Of a stretch of DNA of 64,000 nucleotides, positions 15,356 to 28,744 are shown in pieces. Origin of the DNA: Trichoplax sp. H2 (lineage: Eukaryota); NCBI GenBank assembly GCA_003344405.1, contig NOWV01000109.1, positions 62,001 to 126,000 of the forward strand, given 5' to 3'. The position numbers and the translations under genes were made by a program. Each line of letters starts with the position of its first letter. Within the stretch, counting starts at the first letter, position 1. Below the pieces are notes generated by a model that saw only the letters and a program-made list of their open reading frames with translations, was not told the origin of the DNA and ran no database searches.

Positions 15356-18300
15356 TCATGATTTTAATACATACCTCGAGGGTGTAAACCCGTCGACGTT
15401 TTTTAGTGGAGAAGCTTGTAGTAATCTAGTATTAGAACCAGTTTTTGAGTCAGAAAATGTTCTATATGGTTTCATACTTTTATCGGTCCTCAAGCTATAT
15501 TTATATATGACGCCAGCAACCAGTATTAATACTATTAAAAGTGTTGAGAAAAAGCAACATGAATAACTCTGAAGCGCTAAAAACATAGCAGGTTAAGTAT
15601 TGGTTAAATAATATTATTTAATATGATAATGATATCTAGTAAATTGAAATTACCTATTACACATAGCCCTATGCCACCAATAATTGTCCATTGCCTTATT
15701 GTTAAACCGTGAACAATTTTGCCCCAAGGAGTAGTAGCAACAGCTAAATGATAATTTGTAGTACTGAAAATCATGGCCGTTGCATTTGTTGTGTTTAGCA
15801 GCTGCGTTTGATTTTCTTTAGAAATTTGGCTAACATTGACTGATGGCATTGATGTGCTAGTAGCAGTTGATTGCTTTTCATTTTCATTAAAATGAATACG
15901 ATAATTCTTAAAATGTTGATCATTAACATCCCATGATTTCCTTCTTGTGGCCGTGGATCGATCTGCGCTTGGTATGGACTGCGTAGAGCTTGGAATTTTT
16001 ACATCCGGTTGCTGACTTGGAATTAGATTGGTAATAGCGTAAGATCGGTTAATTGATCTTGTCGGCGGTTTAGTTTCAGTAGGTGGAGTAGTTGCTCTTG
16101 TTTTATAGCATAAACCATTTTTAATATGATATCCTGGCATACATTGATTGCAGGACGTTGATAATGAACAGGACAGGCAATGATCTGAACATACTAAAAT
16201 GCAATAATACAGCTTTCAATTTAAGAAATTATTAGGCTTGTCTACAGCATACATTAAAGTAAAAATATTTTAGCAATGGATAATTTAAATGATCATTTCA
16301 TACTTACAGATTGGGAGAAAACCATTACTATCGGTATAGGGACGAATACATGCTTTCTCAATGGATGGGCATAGGACAAAGCCATTGCAATCGGGAAATT
16401 CAATAAATTCGCCACCATGAACGCATAAAGCTTCATATTCTAGAAGATATTGAAGAATATCACTGAATAAGATGATCATACGCTATCGATATCCATTCTA
16501 GACGAATTTAAGAAGTTTACAAAATTCACAAAGTTGTGCTAGTTCTATTATTTAAGGTCATGACTGCAGTCGCTTTTTTATTGATTATTCTTAATCAAAT
16601 TAAAGAGTTTACGCGATACTTATCAAATTTAGCTCCGTCATTTATGATTATGATAGGTGGTTTTTGATTATTGCTACTAGAACCTAATCAGCCTCTAAGA
16701 GGTTAGTAAATTTTTCTGAAATTGTCTAAATTATTTAAAATTATGATCAATACTACTCTCCTTTATGCTCATGTGAACTTAAATTTTGGCTTGAAATTAA
16801 ACTGGCTATAAGCTAATTATATACTAAGTATTGTTGTAGTCAAGCTGTGAAAACTACAGACGAAGTAATAGGCGTATTTAATTATCACAGCATTGCCGCT
16901 GAGCTTGTAGCAGCTGATCAGAGACATAGGATCTACAGTTCATGTCTGTAGTGTATTTAGAATATACTGTAACTATATTCTACTCTTAAATATAGACATA
17001 TTGTATTGCTCTTATATTTAGACAGATCTACAGTCCGCTTACTCTACATTCATATATAGACTACTGTATTTAGTTATTACGGTAATCGCTGTTTTCTACA
17101 ATCATCTGCTATTTTGTAACCTTTTATGGTATATGTTGTATCTAATTCCACAATCCTATTCTCTGTATGTGCTCTATCTTTAAAACTATAAATACCGGCG
17201 ATTTCTACCTCGGAGTTCATTAGCCTCTCAGTTAGTCTTCTAGTTAGTCTCTCACAGTCTAATACTTCTACTCGTTACTCACGACAGCTTGCACGCTGAT
17301 CCTACCGTAACTACCTCACTGTACTTCACATTACTAACCTACAATAAAGCATAACTTTTATAACCTCTTTGTTGTAATAATTGTAAATGGCGACTAAATC
17401 TCAATCCTCTGAGATATCGAACCCTCCATCACAATGTCATAATGACTCATTATTACCACAGCAAAATGAATTCAGGATTATACACAAAAGATTTTGACTT
17501 GTAAATACTTTATGGTTATTCGTGTCAAAAATTTTTAGTTATTATCAATAACATATTAACTACAAGACATACCGTTGTACTTTAGGACAATTTGAATTTT
17601 TTGATGATAGGTATTATTAACACAAGTCATATCCATGCAGAATCCACTTGGTATACGATGATATTTCGAACTGGTTAATGTACTTAATAAGCATCTAGAA
17701 TTACGATCGAATTTGGGTCCACAGTTACCATTAAGATCTGTGGGATCAGAAAGTGAAATAGTGAACAAGCTTGATAAATCTAACTACCTAGGTCAGTTCA
17801 AACTATCATACAATTCATATTCACTCAAACAGAGCTAAATATAGAAAAAAGTAATATATTAAATCTAGGAATAAATAAATTAATATAGTAATTATATACA
17901 TAGGTTAATGCAGCACACCATATACAGCACTATCGTAAGTTAAAGGTGCTCATAAATATTCATAATTTAACAATTTAAATATATGAAAGACCAGTAATAA
18001 ATTAGTGCAACAGAGAGAAAAATTGTTAAAATTAGGTATAAGATTGTTCTATTACATGATATACGTAAGAATTATGATCTTATTGTGACTGAAAACTCTT
18101 TAATTTACTAGCTGATACTAATAAATAAATATTAATGGACAAATTAGTATTAAAGTATATTATAGACCACTAATAAATCAGTGCAATAGAGAGAACTGTT
18201 AAAACTAGGTATAAGACTGTCTTACTACACGATGTAAAAATAAAATCTCATCGTGACTGAAACCTCATCAATTTACTAAATTATACTCATAAATAAATTT

Positions 18301-21300
18301 AAATAAAAAATTTTGCATTATAGTATATAATCGACCAGCAATAGGTTAATGAAATAGGGAAAAACTATAATCTCATCGTGACTGAAATCTCTTTAATTTA
18401 CTTAGATATAAGATTAATGGGTATTAAACTAAGCTCTAGATAGAAAAAGCACATTGAATATAGCGCTGGCTAACAATTATTGAACCTTTAAAGCTCATAG
18501 TATACCAATACAACTCTAAAATAAACCAATAATGCAAAAATATAAAAATAAAATTATTGAAAGTGAAAACCTTATTACCTGAAACGCTAGCGGCATTATT
18601 ATTATCAGAACAAACGCCATCAATATAAGCCATATTGACTTTACAGTTATTCATCCATTTATTAGTTTTACATTCCCCCTATCAAATGAAATACTCTGCT
18701 TAAAAATTTGAACTAGTTAAAATCAAAATTTCATCTGTTATGTAAATTTAAAGTAAAAATTGAAAGTACAACATCACAACAATGACCGTTTGCAAACTAC
18801 GCCACGAAAAGCTCAACTATGGGTGGGAATGATATCGACAGATTTATTTTACATTCCTTACCCATGCATCGTGATCGTCTGTACATCCAGAGAAATAAAT
18901 GTTATCGCATGCATAAGGATAATGACTGGGATTACTGCAGTTACCATACAGAAAATGACATCCTAATCCTAATTGATGATCATAAAAGAATAAATAACAT
19001 GAGCTACGATAACATCATTAGTTATAATTTATACATCTCAAGTTTATCATAAAATGAAGGCGTACTCGATCATATGTGAACTATGCGAGCAAGAGTTTTA
19101 ACAGCACAGCATTAAAGAGTAAGAATCGAAATAATGAGGTCGATTTGATCTTTATCTTAATTATAAGTTTTCTAAAGCTACGATTAATTACTGATATTAT
19201 TTGCTGTCTTGATAAGGTAATAGGAAATTTTAGAGACAGTAATGTTTTCGAAATTATAACTAAAACGTCCCATGGTGGAGGAAGAAGTCCAGTAAAGAGA
19301 AGAAAAGTGATCACTAGTATTATTGTTATTATTCGTCTTAGTCGATTCTTTGAATTATAAGTCGATAGAGGAGCATATTATTGTTGTTATGATTATAGAA
19401 GGCCTAAATGAGCATACAAGGAGAAGAATACCTTTTCCCCACCACATCTTCCGCTTAAATACTGCATTGTAGTCTGGTCGATACCAACCGCTATCTTCCA
19501 TTAAGGCTAATGTAAACTCGCTAACGCTGTCGAGGCTAATACAATTCAGAATTGAAATAAAGGAAAAGAGTAAATAAATCATTAATTCAACATCGGAAAT
19601 ACGTTATACAAAAGTTTTTTTAATCTAAATAAGCCTTAAAGTCAATAATTTCTATCTATAGTAATGAATACGAGCATTCTTACCGGCCTAGCCCAACCGT
19701 ACTTGCTGCTGTCATAATTTCGTGGCGTAAAATTCTCATTTCCCAATGTGAGCTAGCAATGTATGCAAAATGATTGTTATTCCAAGACAATCGAGGTGTT
19801 ATCAAAAATGAAGAGGGGTGGAGGTAGAACAGCCAATTCATCCAATAGGAAGATATCGATTAATTAAGCAAGATTAATAGATTAACTAATAATAGCATTA
19901 CTGCCTCACTTGCTACTATGTCAACATGAAATAACTGTTAGCAATCATTTAGATTGTTACTGGATAAATTATTAATTTAATTATTTATGGAGCTAAATAT
20001 GCAGTTAGATTTTTACAAGGATAGTTACCTTAATTCTCCAGATAATCCGCCGTCCTCTAGTTCTACACCTTGAATAAAGTTGCAGCTGAAATATTTTCGA
20101 GCTACTTCCATGACCTATCCGTTGATTAAATTGTAAGGCAGTAATTTTTAAATTAAAAATAGTATAATAAAGAGAAATCAGTGATTAATACTATATATCT
20201 ATATATCAATGAAAATATTCCAATCAAAACAAGTTCAAAATAAGGGAAGTCATAGCAGAAAATAAAATTTTATCTGTCTCATAAGGTCATTTTCTCACTG
20301 TACTGATGATTCAGACGCTGAGATTTTTATAAGCTGAGATAAAATTATGTTCATATGCACCTATAGCTATCAGTGTATCTTAATCATACAATTTACATAA
20401 CTTCTTTCTCGATTTAATATCAGCCAATAGTATACAACAAAGAATTCAAATATTTCATTTGAATTCAGTAAGGTTACTGAACTATTTACAAGTGAATCTA
20501 ATAGTTTAAGTCTTTGCATTAATCATATGTATTACTTCAAAGTTTATTCGAAAGACAATCTTTAATTGAAGAGAATTGCACTTCTTCATCAATAGTTAAA
20601 CATATGAGTCAATGTGATCCTGTTAAACAGAGTCGGTTTAAGATTGACGATAATTTGAAATATGTTGAACTAAGATAATATATTCATGCCTTATAAGCTA
20701 TTGAAAACTATTTTTAATGATATATCTAATTTAAGGTAAAAGTTTATTACTAATGATACATAAAGTTTCTAGAGTAATGGCGTAATTGAGATGATAAATA
20801 CAATAGAAGAGGAATTACTAATTCTGATATCGCGTAGATTGATGCACTGTAGCACAACTTAAGAACAATTTAATAAGCATTTTGGTAGTAGTTATGATTA
20901 ATTTTGTTAAAATTTCGTCAATCTGGACAATACTGGCGAACATTATAGCCTTCAGAGTTGATTAAATTAGATAATGAAAAGAAATCACTACAAATCTATG
21001 AATTAATGAGAAAGGTTGTATCCATATAGAAATAGCCCTTACATCTAGAAGATTTTGGAATTAAGGAACTACTAAGCTTATAAATCATTTAATTGAAAGT
21101 ATCAGATCTTTAATAATACCTAAATCGCTGCTTTTGCTTACATGAAAGTGAAATAGTTGTAGTTTTAAGCCATTCGTATAATAAACCTATCTTTTAAATG
21201 CCAATCTTTAGGATAATATGGACTTGGCTTATTATAGGAAATTAAAGATAATCTCAGTCTAATTAACTCAAAATACATGCTATTTCATCATACTTTACTA

Positions 21301-24300
21301 ACTACGGTAATTACTAAAATAGGTTGTATTGTAAAAATATATTTCAATCAAGATCTATGAGATAGATAGTACGGCAGTTAAAGAAAAATAATCACATACA
21401 AACATTTTCGGTCAATATTCAAACATTAATAATATATGTAAGCCAGATTAAATAGCCAAGTAATGAAAAGTATCAAATAAGCCGACAATCTTTATGATGT
21501 ATGCAATTAATATGTTGTAGAATTAAAATTTCAATGTTGATAATAACTGTCATAGAATAAGAAAGAGACCGTAAAACTAGAAAATTTACCTTCGGTGATG
21601 TGATAGCTCTCACTTGTCTACCGTTAACTGTTATATGCTCAACAGCACTATAAATTGAACCATCTCTCTTTCGAAACCTATATGATATTTATTTTAATGG
21701 ATGTTTTGAAGAATTAAAAATTCAATAGATTATAACACAAATAAATCAAGAAGATACCAATCAATCTTGTAGGTGATGGACAGTATATATTACGGGAAAT
21801 TAATCGAATGCTTTATAATCTCTTTTCTGGACTATTAATATCTAATATATGCGTATTATGATAGTCAATAATCTTAAAACTGTCAAATAAACAAATTGAT
21901 CAGGTAAGACTAAGCATGAACTCAACCTACCAATGTTAATAATGGTTAGAAATAATGTAATACGAACTCTAGTAATATAGACTACAAGTTAATCTAAAAT
22001 AAGAGAACTTTTGAATTCTGATAGGTTATGAATTAATAACCAAATCAATGTTTTTTGAATATGAATTTTTTTTCTATTGATCATGTAAAATAAACTTGAT
22101 ATTGAACTAAATAGTTGAAATGATTGATATAAACAACCTAGTGCATCGATATTAATCAATCATGACATGGAAACTATTCCAAAGCTAATGAGTTAGTAAA
22201 TTCCATTCTCTCTTGATAACAATGCTAATTCAATATTGATTTAAGCTAATTTACGCAATTGGACTTACTTAGTAAAAAACATCGACGATAAACCCAAGGT
22301 GTGGAATAATTCATGAATTGCAATATTTCGAATCGATTGATAATCATGGCTTTCACTGAAAGTCTATTGAGGTAAAATTAGGCATATTATTGCAAATATA
22401 TAGTCTCTAAAAATTCCTATCATAACTATACATACAATTTTTAAATTTAATAAAGTAACATTGGACTAAGGTATTAATACGTGGATTTGATATGGCGTTA
22501 AATACTACTTGTTTTAATAATAAGCAAGAAAGAATTTTAATAGATAAGGATAATTTCAGGATGATTTCATCTTGCTTAAATTCAAAATGAATCGCTAAAG
22601 TACATCATGGGGCAAAAACTCCAACCTCTACTACAGCCGACTGCTATCAAGATAATCTCATTAACAAGAGACTTGAAAGTCATTCTGCTTTTTAAATCTA
22701 ACAGAGAATGGCTGTAATCAATTACCAATTGTAATCCTATACTCAGTAAGACCATAATATTATATTTCTTGTCGCTTAGATAGTCTTTTCCTTACTAAAT
22801 TAGACTTATAGTTTCGATCATAATTAACTATGATTTAAATGTATCTGAAGCAAAGCAATGGTAACTTAATCTATCCTTTGTTTCGCTCTAGATAGCATTA
22901 TATTCCCGTTTAATCATGATCTTGATAAGGAAAGAATATTAGATATCACTAAAAATTAATCCTTCATACACGTTCATAACTATTTCCGACCCTACGAGCA
23001 AATTTCAACTAGTTGCAGTTGTCATTGTCCCTTTAGCTCTGTGATAGGAAATAGCTGTGATATAGTATGGTATCTAGTTTTAATCATCTATAAGACTATC
23101 ATATCATGTTTAAGTTAGAAAAGAGATTTTAAAGGATAATTTATAATTGAATCAAATATTTTACCATCTGATTATGCTATCATTGTTTTAAGAAATTATT
23201 TTAATATAAATGTGCGTAGTGTTGAAAAGAATCATAACAAATATTAATAAGAAATACCCGTGTCTAAAAATTTTAATTAAATTTTTCTAGTTGCAATTAT
23301 TAATGAGTTGTTGCAGGCTTCATCACTACTAGCAATTTAGACATTAAATTAATCGTAAGGCACAAATAGTATTAACTTCATTCATTTTCATGTTACCAAT
23401 GCGCATTCCTATCGTTCTACTCTAGCTGAGCTGTTGATATCATAATTATATTTTCAATATAAAGATAAGCACTTTGGATCATTATTTTCGTCAATTTCAT
23501 TCCTAACAATAGTAAAGAATTGAACGCATAATCTCTAGCTGCGATTTACAGGCAAAGCCGCGAATAATATTTGGTTAATGCTATCTATGCTGCTACATTC
23601 TCTTATGCACGATATATCTTATTACTATTTTTTTAGCTATCGGTTATTTAAAGTGCTTGTATGCCTTTAACTGAAGCAATTCATGAATCAAAAATTATTT
23701 CTGCTATAAGTTGATGTTTTCAGGTAGTAAAAAATCAAGTAACGATAATTTATAGCATTCCTATAGGAGTGGTCCTAAATATACCTTCGATTGTAATAAT
23801 ATTGAAGAAATTAGATTAGGCTAAGCATTGTAAGTAGCTAATACTGTATCAGTATGCTGAGAGGATTGATCTAACTACCGGCAGTGAACTAAAAGGTAGC
23901 GGTTAGTTGATTTATAAGTATAATTATTCTCAATCGCTTTCTTCCCCTCCCCTTTATTGACAAACTATGTATTTTACGTAATTCTTTTCATCTCTATAGT
24001 AAGATACTTACATTTGGACAAAAATTGATATAGCCTAAAATTGGGCGTCCCGTTGATTGGTATACACCACATACCGATGCGTAAGCTAATACTCCACTTT
24101 GGCATATGTCTAATTGAAGTCAAGAAGTGATATTGAATTGACATTGAATAACACAAAAGGAAAAGATAGCCGCTACAGATTAAAAGATACATGATAGATT
24201 CTATTTTAAACCAATTGCTGCTTTGATATAAATGAAATTGAGAAAATGAAATACAATTCTATCTTAACAAATAATTAATTGTATTGACAATTTTGGTAGC

Positions 24301-26149
24301 TCTTAGCGCAATATTTTTCTCAGAAGAATAACAAAAAAATAATGAAAATAACAATAACAACAACAACAAATTATCATCATCAAGTATAGAAAAAGAAATA
24401 GAACAGGGTTTTATTTAACTTACCATCAGATAAGGAATAGATATAAAGTAGATAGTCTGTGTTAGCGATACCATGACCTCCATAGGATCGACAATTGGAT
24501 GTGTTACAATGTTGAATTTGGCTGTAGTGTTCTTCAAGTAAATGATCGTTATGATGATTGGGTCCACATTGGATAGATTGTAATGTCTTGCATTGGCGTG
24601 TTGTAGAATTCCATGTAGATTGGCAAGCATGAAATTGTAAAGGGTGTTCAATCGGTTGGACAGATAGGGCTTTTTTAAAATAATTTAATGCATCGGGTAT
24701 AATTCGATTGCGTAAAAATTGATAGGATTTTTCCTTCAACTGAATTTTATCCTGAACATAATGCGGATGAATTCGAATAGGTTGCCAATCGCGATTGATT
24801 GCACGTTTACTTCTTTCATGATGCTGTTGTATTTGAGGGTGAGGATGATGGTGATGTTGATCAACATTTAATGATGCAACGGGTCGATTTCGAGCTAAAA
24901 CCTATTATTGTTATAAGATAACAGAGTTCCTTTCTTAAGTAATTAGATTCCAATTTAAAATTATTTTAATCAACATACAAGAATAGAAGTAATTATCATC
25001 ATTGAAATCCCGCCCATATAAAAAAACTGAATTACGCTTAAGTAGCTCGTTTATCATATATTCAATATGGCGGAAGATAATAACGTATACTTTCACGCAA
25101 TCGATGGAATTTTGTCGCATTTTAAGTTAACCATAGTCAGCAACCATCGTCTAACTATGGACTAACCCTGTTCTACTAGTCATCGATTAATATACTATCG
25201 TCATCATAACTATCACTATGATCGCTAGTAGGGCTTGCTTAAAAAATAGATGGTGTGATTTTGTTGTAGATAATGTTACTTAAGTTAATATTGATCACTT
25301 AGGTCAATAAAAAACAAGTAGTAACTTTTGATAAACAATAGTTGGTAATTAATCATTTCAATGCCATCATTTTTCTCCTTTAGTCAACACTTGACTGCAA
25401 AGTCCATCAAGAGTATCAGTATTTCACTAGTTAATGGTTTTTTCAGCTGGCATAGCATGGAATAAGTTAGCATCGAGAGATATTTATAGAAAATTTCTCA
25501 TATTGAATAAGAGTCACCACGATATCCTAATCTTAACCAATCGACTACATCATAACGTGGAACATTTCCAATAGTATTATAGTGCTGTTAATGGAAACTT
25601 TAGTCTTTATAAGATTAAATTAATGAATATTTATTCACTAAATTAAGAATTTTTTCCTTGCCACGCACTTTTAGCCAATTTTTTACGTTCATCATGACTT
25701 TGAATGTAGGTGTTATAAGTTGGAGAAAAAACAGAAATAAAATAAAATTGGGGAAACCATGCGGCATAACAGGGATTCCAATTAGCTAATATCGTTATCT
25801 ACACTAAGTGATAGCGTTATAATGACGATAAAAACGCTCTATATTAGCCATGGCACAGTATTCATTAAAATAGATCTATCTACGCAACTATTTTTCTACA
25901 CGTATAGAAGTAGATAGCTGTAGACAAATCAGTATATTGTTGGCTGAGTTAAATTCTAAATTATCTCTGAGTAAAAGGTGCATCATCTTGTCGAATTTCT
26001 TTACTTGACAATCAGATAAATACTTGACTTTTTGTTAACTTTAGATTTCTTACCTTATGATGAGAACATTCATGTTCCAACGCCCAACCTTTCGTTACTA
26101 CCGTTAAAATGAGCAAAATGAACCATGTTAGGCGTAGTAGTAATTCCAT
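15356..26149 (-). CDS. Gene B: leishmanolysin/invadolysin-like M8 metalloprotease with one furin-like repeat, long Ser/Thr (mucin-like) stalk and single TM; 14 exons
   Basis: Exon 26149-26054 signal peptide MELLLRLTWFILLILTVVTKGWALEHECSHHK. ~24901-24424 ...RSKR...PIRIHPHYV...TDYLLYIYS. ~24110-24013 TGRPILGYINFC. ~22363-22270 IHELFHTLGLS (HExxH 22301-22315). ~21677-21590. ~20114-20029 ARKYFSCNFIQGVELEDGG. ~19755-19685 SHWEMRILRHEIMTAA. ~19537-19433 FTLALMEDSGWY. Cys-rich exons ~18965-16307. ~16193-15654 CSDHCLSCSLSTSCNQC, then stalk, then WTIIGGIGLCVI. 15531-15356 VLILVAGVIYKY...LKS*. Confidence 0.9.
17989..18405. repeat. Degenerate tandem repeat (~175 bp, ~3 copies) in gene B intron
   Basis: gaccag/cactaataaat.agtgcaa.agagag...ctcatcgtgactgaaa motifs recur at ~17989, ~18165 and ~18333. 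Confidence 0.75.
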
Positions 26150-28744
26150 TTCTTAAGCTATTTGTAGACGTTGACTAAAATCTTTCTCACGTTTACTTTT
26201 TCCTCTTATAAAATCCTTATTGGATCAAATAGATGAATGGAATATACGACAAGACTGTACGTACATCCAATAGTAGAAAAAATCTTTGACTGTCAAATTT
26301 TTTCTTTTGATAATTAAAAGTAAAAAACTTCAAATAAAAGCAATATCAAGTTGAATTAATTTCTGATACGAATTCTATCTGAGGATATTATGTGATTGAA
26401 GTAGAAAGCGATTGAACGATAGTAGATAATTATGTAAAGGTTAAGGAAAAAATACCAGTAGCCATGAAAGAAAATACGATGATCAATGCAATCCCAGTTT
26501 GATTTTCTACTAGATGTAGTCGTAATGAATGTGGCTATCTGATGGGAACAATTTTCACTTTTTTAACTCTATTTTCTTCCTTGTAGAAATCGATTATTCG
26601 AAATTAGACCAATTGAAAACTTTTCATGACAATAGATATAATACTATCTCCAGTCTATTTGCTATAAAATCAATTTCACGGTGATAGAAATGCATATGCA
26701 ATGAAAAGGCCAAATAGATCAGTTGAGGAAATTGCTGATAATAATGATAATTTTCCAACTGCGTAGGAAATAATGGAATGCAGACTTAATTGAGTTATCT
26801 ACTTAAAGATAATGAACGTAAATGATTTGATGCTTGCATATGATATAATGGCGAACTGAGCTGAATTAATCGAATATCAAATAATGCGATAGGATTCTGA
26901 TTGGAGAAAAATTAAGTTCAGATTTCTTGCCACCACGCGGATTGTATGTCTATTTACTACTTGTAAAATTATTTGTTTTATTTTTGGTTGTTAATAATTA
27001 TGAACTTGACTTTGATTTGTTTCCCACTCAATTCAATTGTGCAACGATTATTGACTATTTATTATGGAATTAGAGGAAATTAATTGAGTTCGATTTTTAA
27101 ATAGCTAATCCTTTCAGTAATATTCAAGGTAGGGCGTTGCTATAGCAATTATGATAATGAATAGCCTCAATTTCAAACTACACTAATGCCATACTCAATT
27201 TAATAGATGCTTGTTAAACTAATATTACTCTTACCTGTTGATATCTCACAACAAAATTATTTGTAAATCTATTTATAATGATAATAATACAATTGATTGT
27301 TTTAAAATGTTAATAAATCTTGCATTACGCACATGCAGAAATTAGTTAAGGTGATAGAAAGTACCGATCACGTCAAACAAACATATTATTTATTTAATAA
27401 ACCGGTTAGATTTGGATCCCCCTATTATTTACTGAACATACGAGTACGTGATTTTTATCCTTTAACCTTCTATCAGTTGCTTACATGGAGTAATAACATA
27501 TAAATATGAATTAGATATAATAGACAGAATGAGAGAGTAGTGGAGAGAAATAGTAAGAGAAAGAGAGAGTGAACCCATTAAATAAGTAATAGTTATCTAC
27601 TATTCACAACCGATTCTATGACGTATTAAGAATAAATAAAATTCCAGGTAGTAAGATATAATAAATGCATATGCATAAAATGTAGACCGATGAAATGACT
27701 GCACATGAATAACAACCACGTTGTAGTAATGCAAATTAGATCTACATAAAGAAATCAAATGATACATTAAGAAAAAATTGATGAACATAAGATCATTTTA
27801 ATATTTAAAATTTAGATTAAAGGAAATATGGTCATTTCGTTAAATGATAAAACTAATATTTTGCAAATAAGAAGGTATTTGCAATGAATATTGATGATAA
27901 TGCTGTACTTAACCTAAGGACAAGTTCCATTATATATAAAAGTAAGTCTATTTAATAAATTATAGTCAACTTAAAATGCGTAGAGTGATGACCATGTTTT
28001 TAGACTTATCAATCCGAATGGCAAATAGTTCAATAACTAAATGCCATTGAGCGATTTCATGTTACCCAAAAAGTATTTCCATTTAATTTCAACGGGTTAT
28101 TTTTTTACCGATGTTATTATTATACCCGTATATGTACATTTGAACTATGTGTCTGCTACCGCATGATAAAAATAATTGTGCGCTGAATATAGGTAATAAT
28201 GTAATATAATTATATAAAATAAGAACTGATTCAGTAAAAGTATTATTTAAAAACGAAATGTGAGAAACATTCACTAAATACCGTATCAACAATATTGGTT
28301 GTACCTGGACATAAAATTATATTATTTTAAGATGTTAAAACTACCGTATCTAGTATTTATACATAATTTTTAACAGTAATCATAATCGTACTTTCTAGTA
28401 TTCATATACAAACTGCCTCAATGTTAACTGTTAATATAGACCTGCTATAAGTCCTAACCAATTTGGTACTTCTTATAGATGCAATATTGGGAAACTACAA
28501 TCGCAGTGAAGTGAATTAGGCACAATTCTCAATTTGTTAGAATTAAAACATACTTTTAAAGCAGTCATAAAATTTGTGACCTAAGTAATTGTTTTCTAGT
28601 ACATGGAATAGAACGGCTGATTCATTATGTTACATGCTAAATAGTACAGCAGTATCAAATAGACACAGTCATTTTAGAAAATTAACCAGCAATTTTGGTA
28701 TCCCAATATTTCAAGTTCTCGCTTTCAAGTTGAAATGACTGAAC

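Noticed and set aside
18760-19360. Overlapping ORFs on both strands
   Set aside because: They are antisense shadows of a gene B exon or intron read-through.
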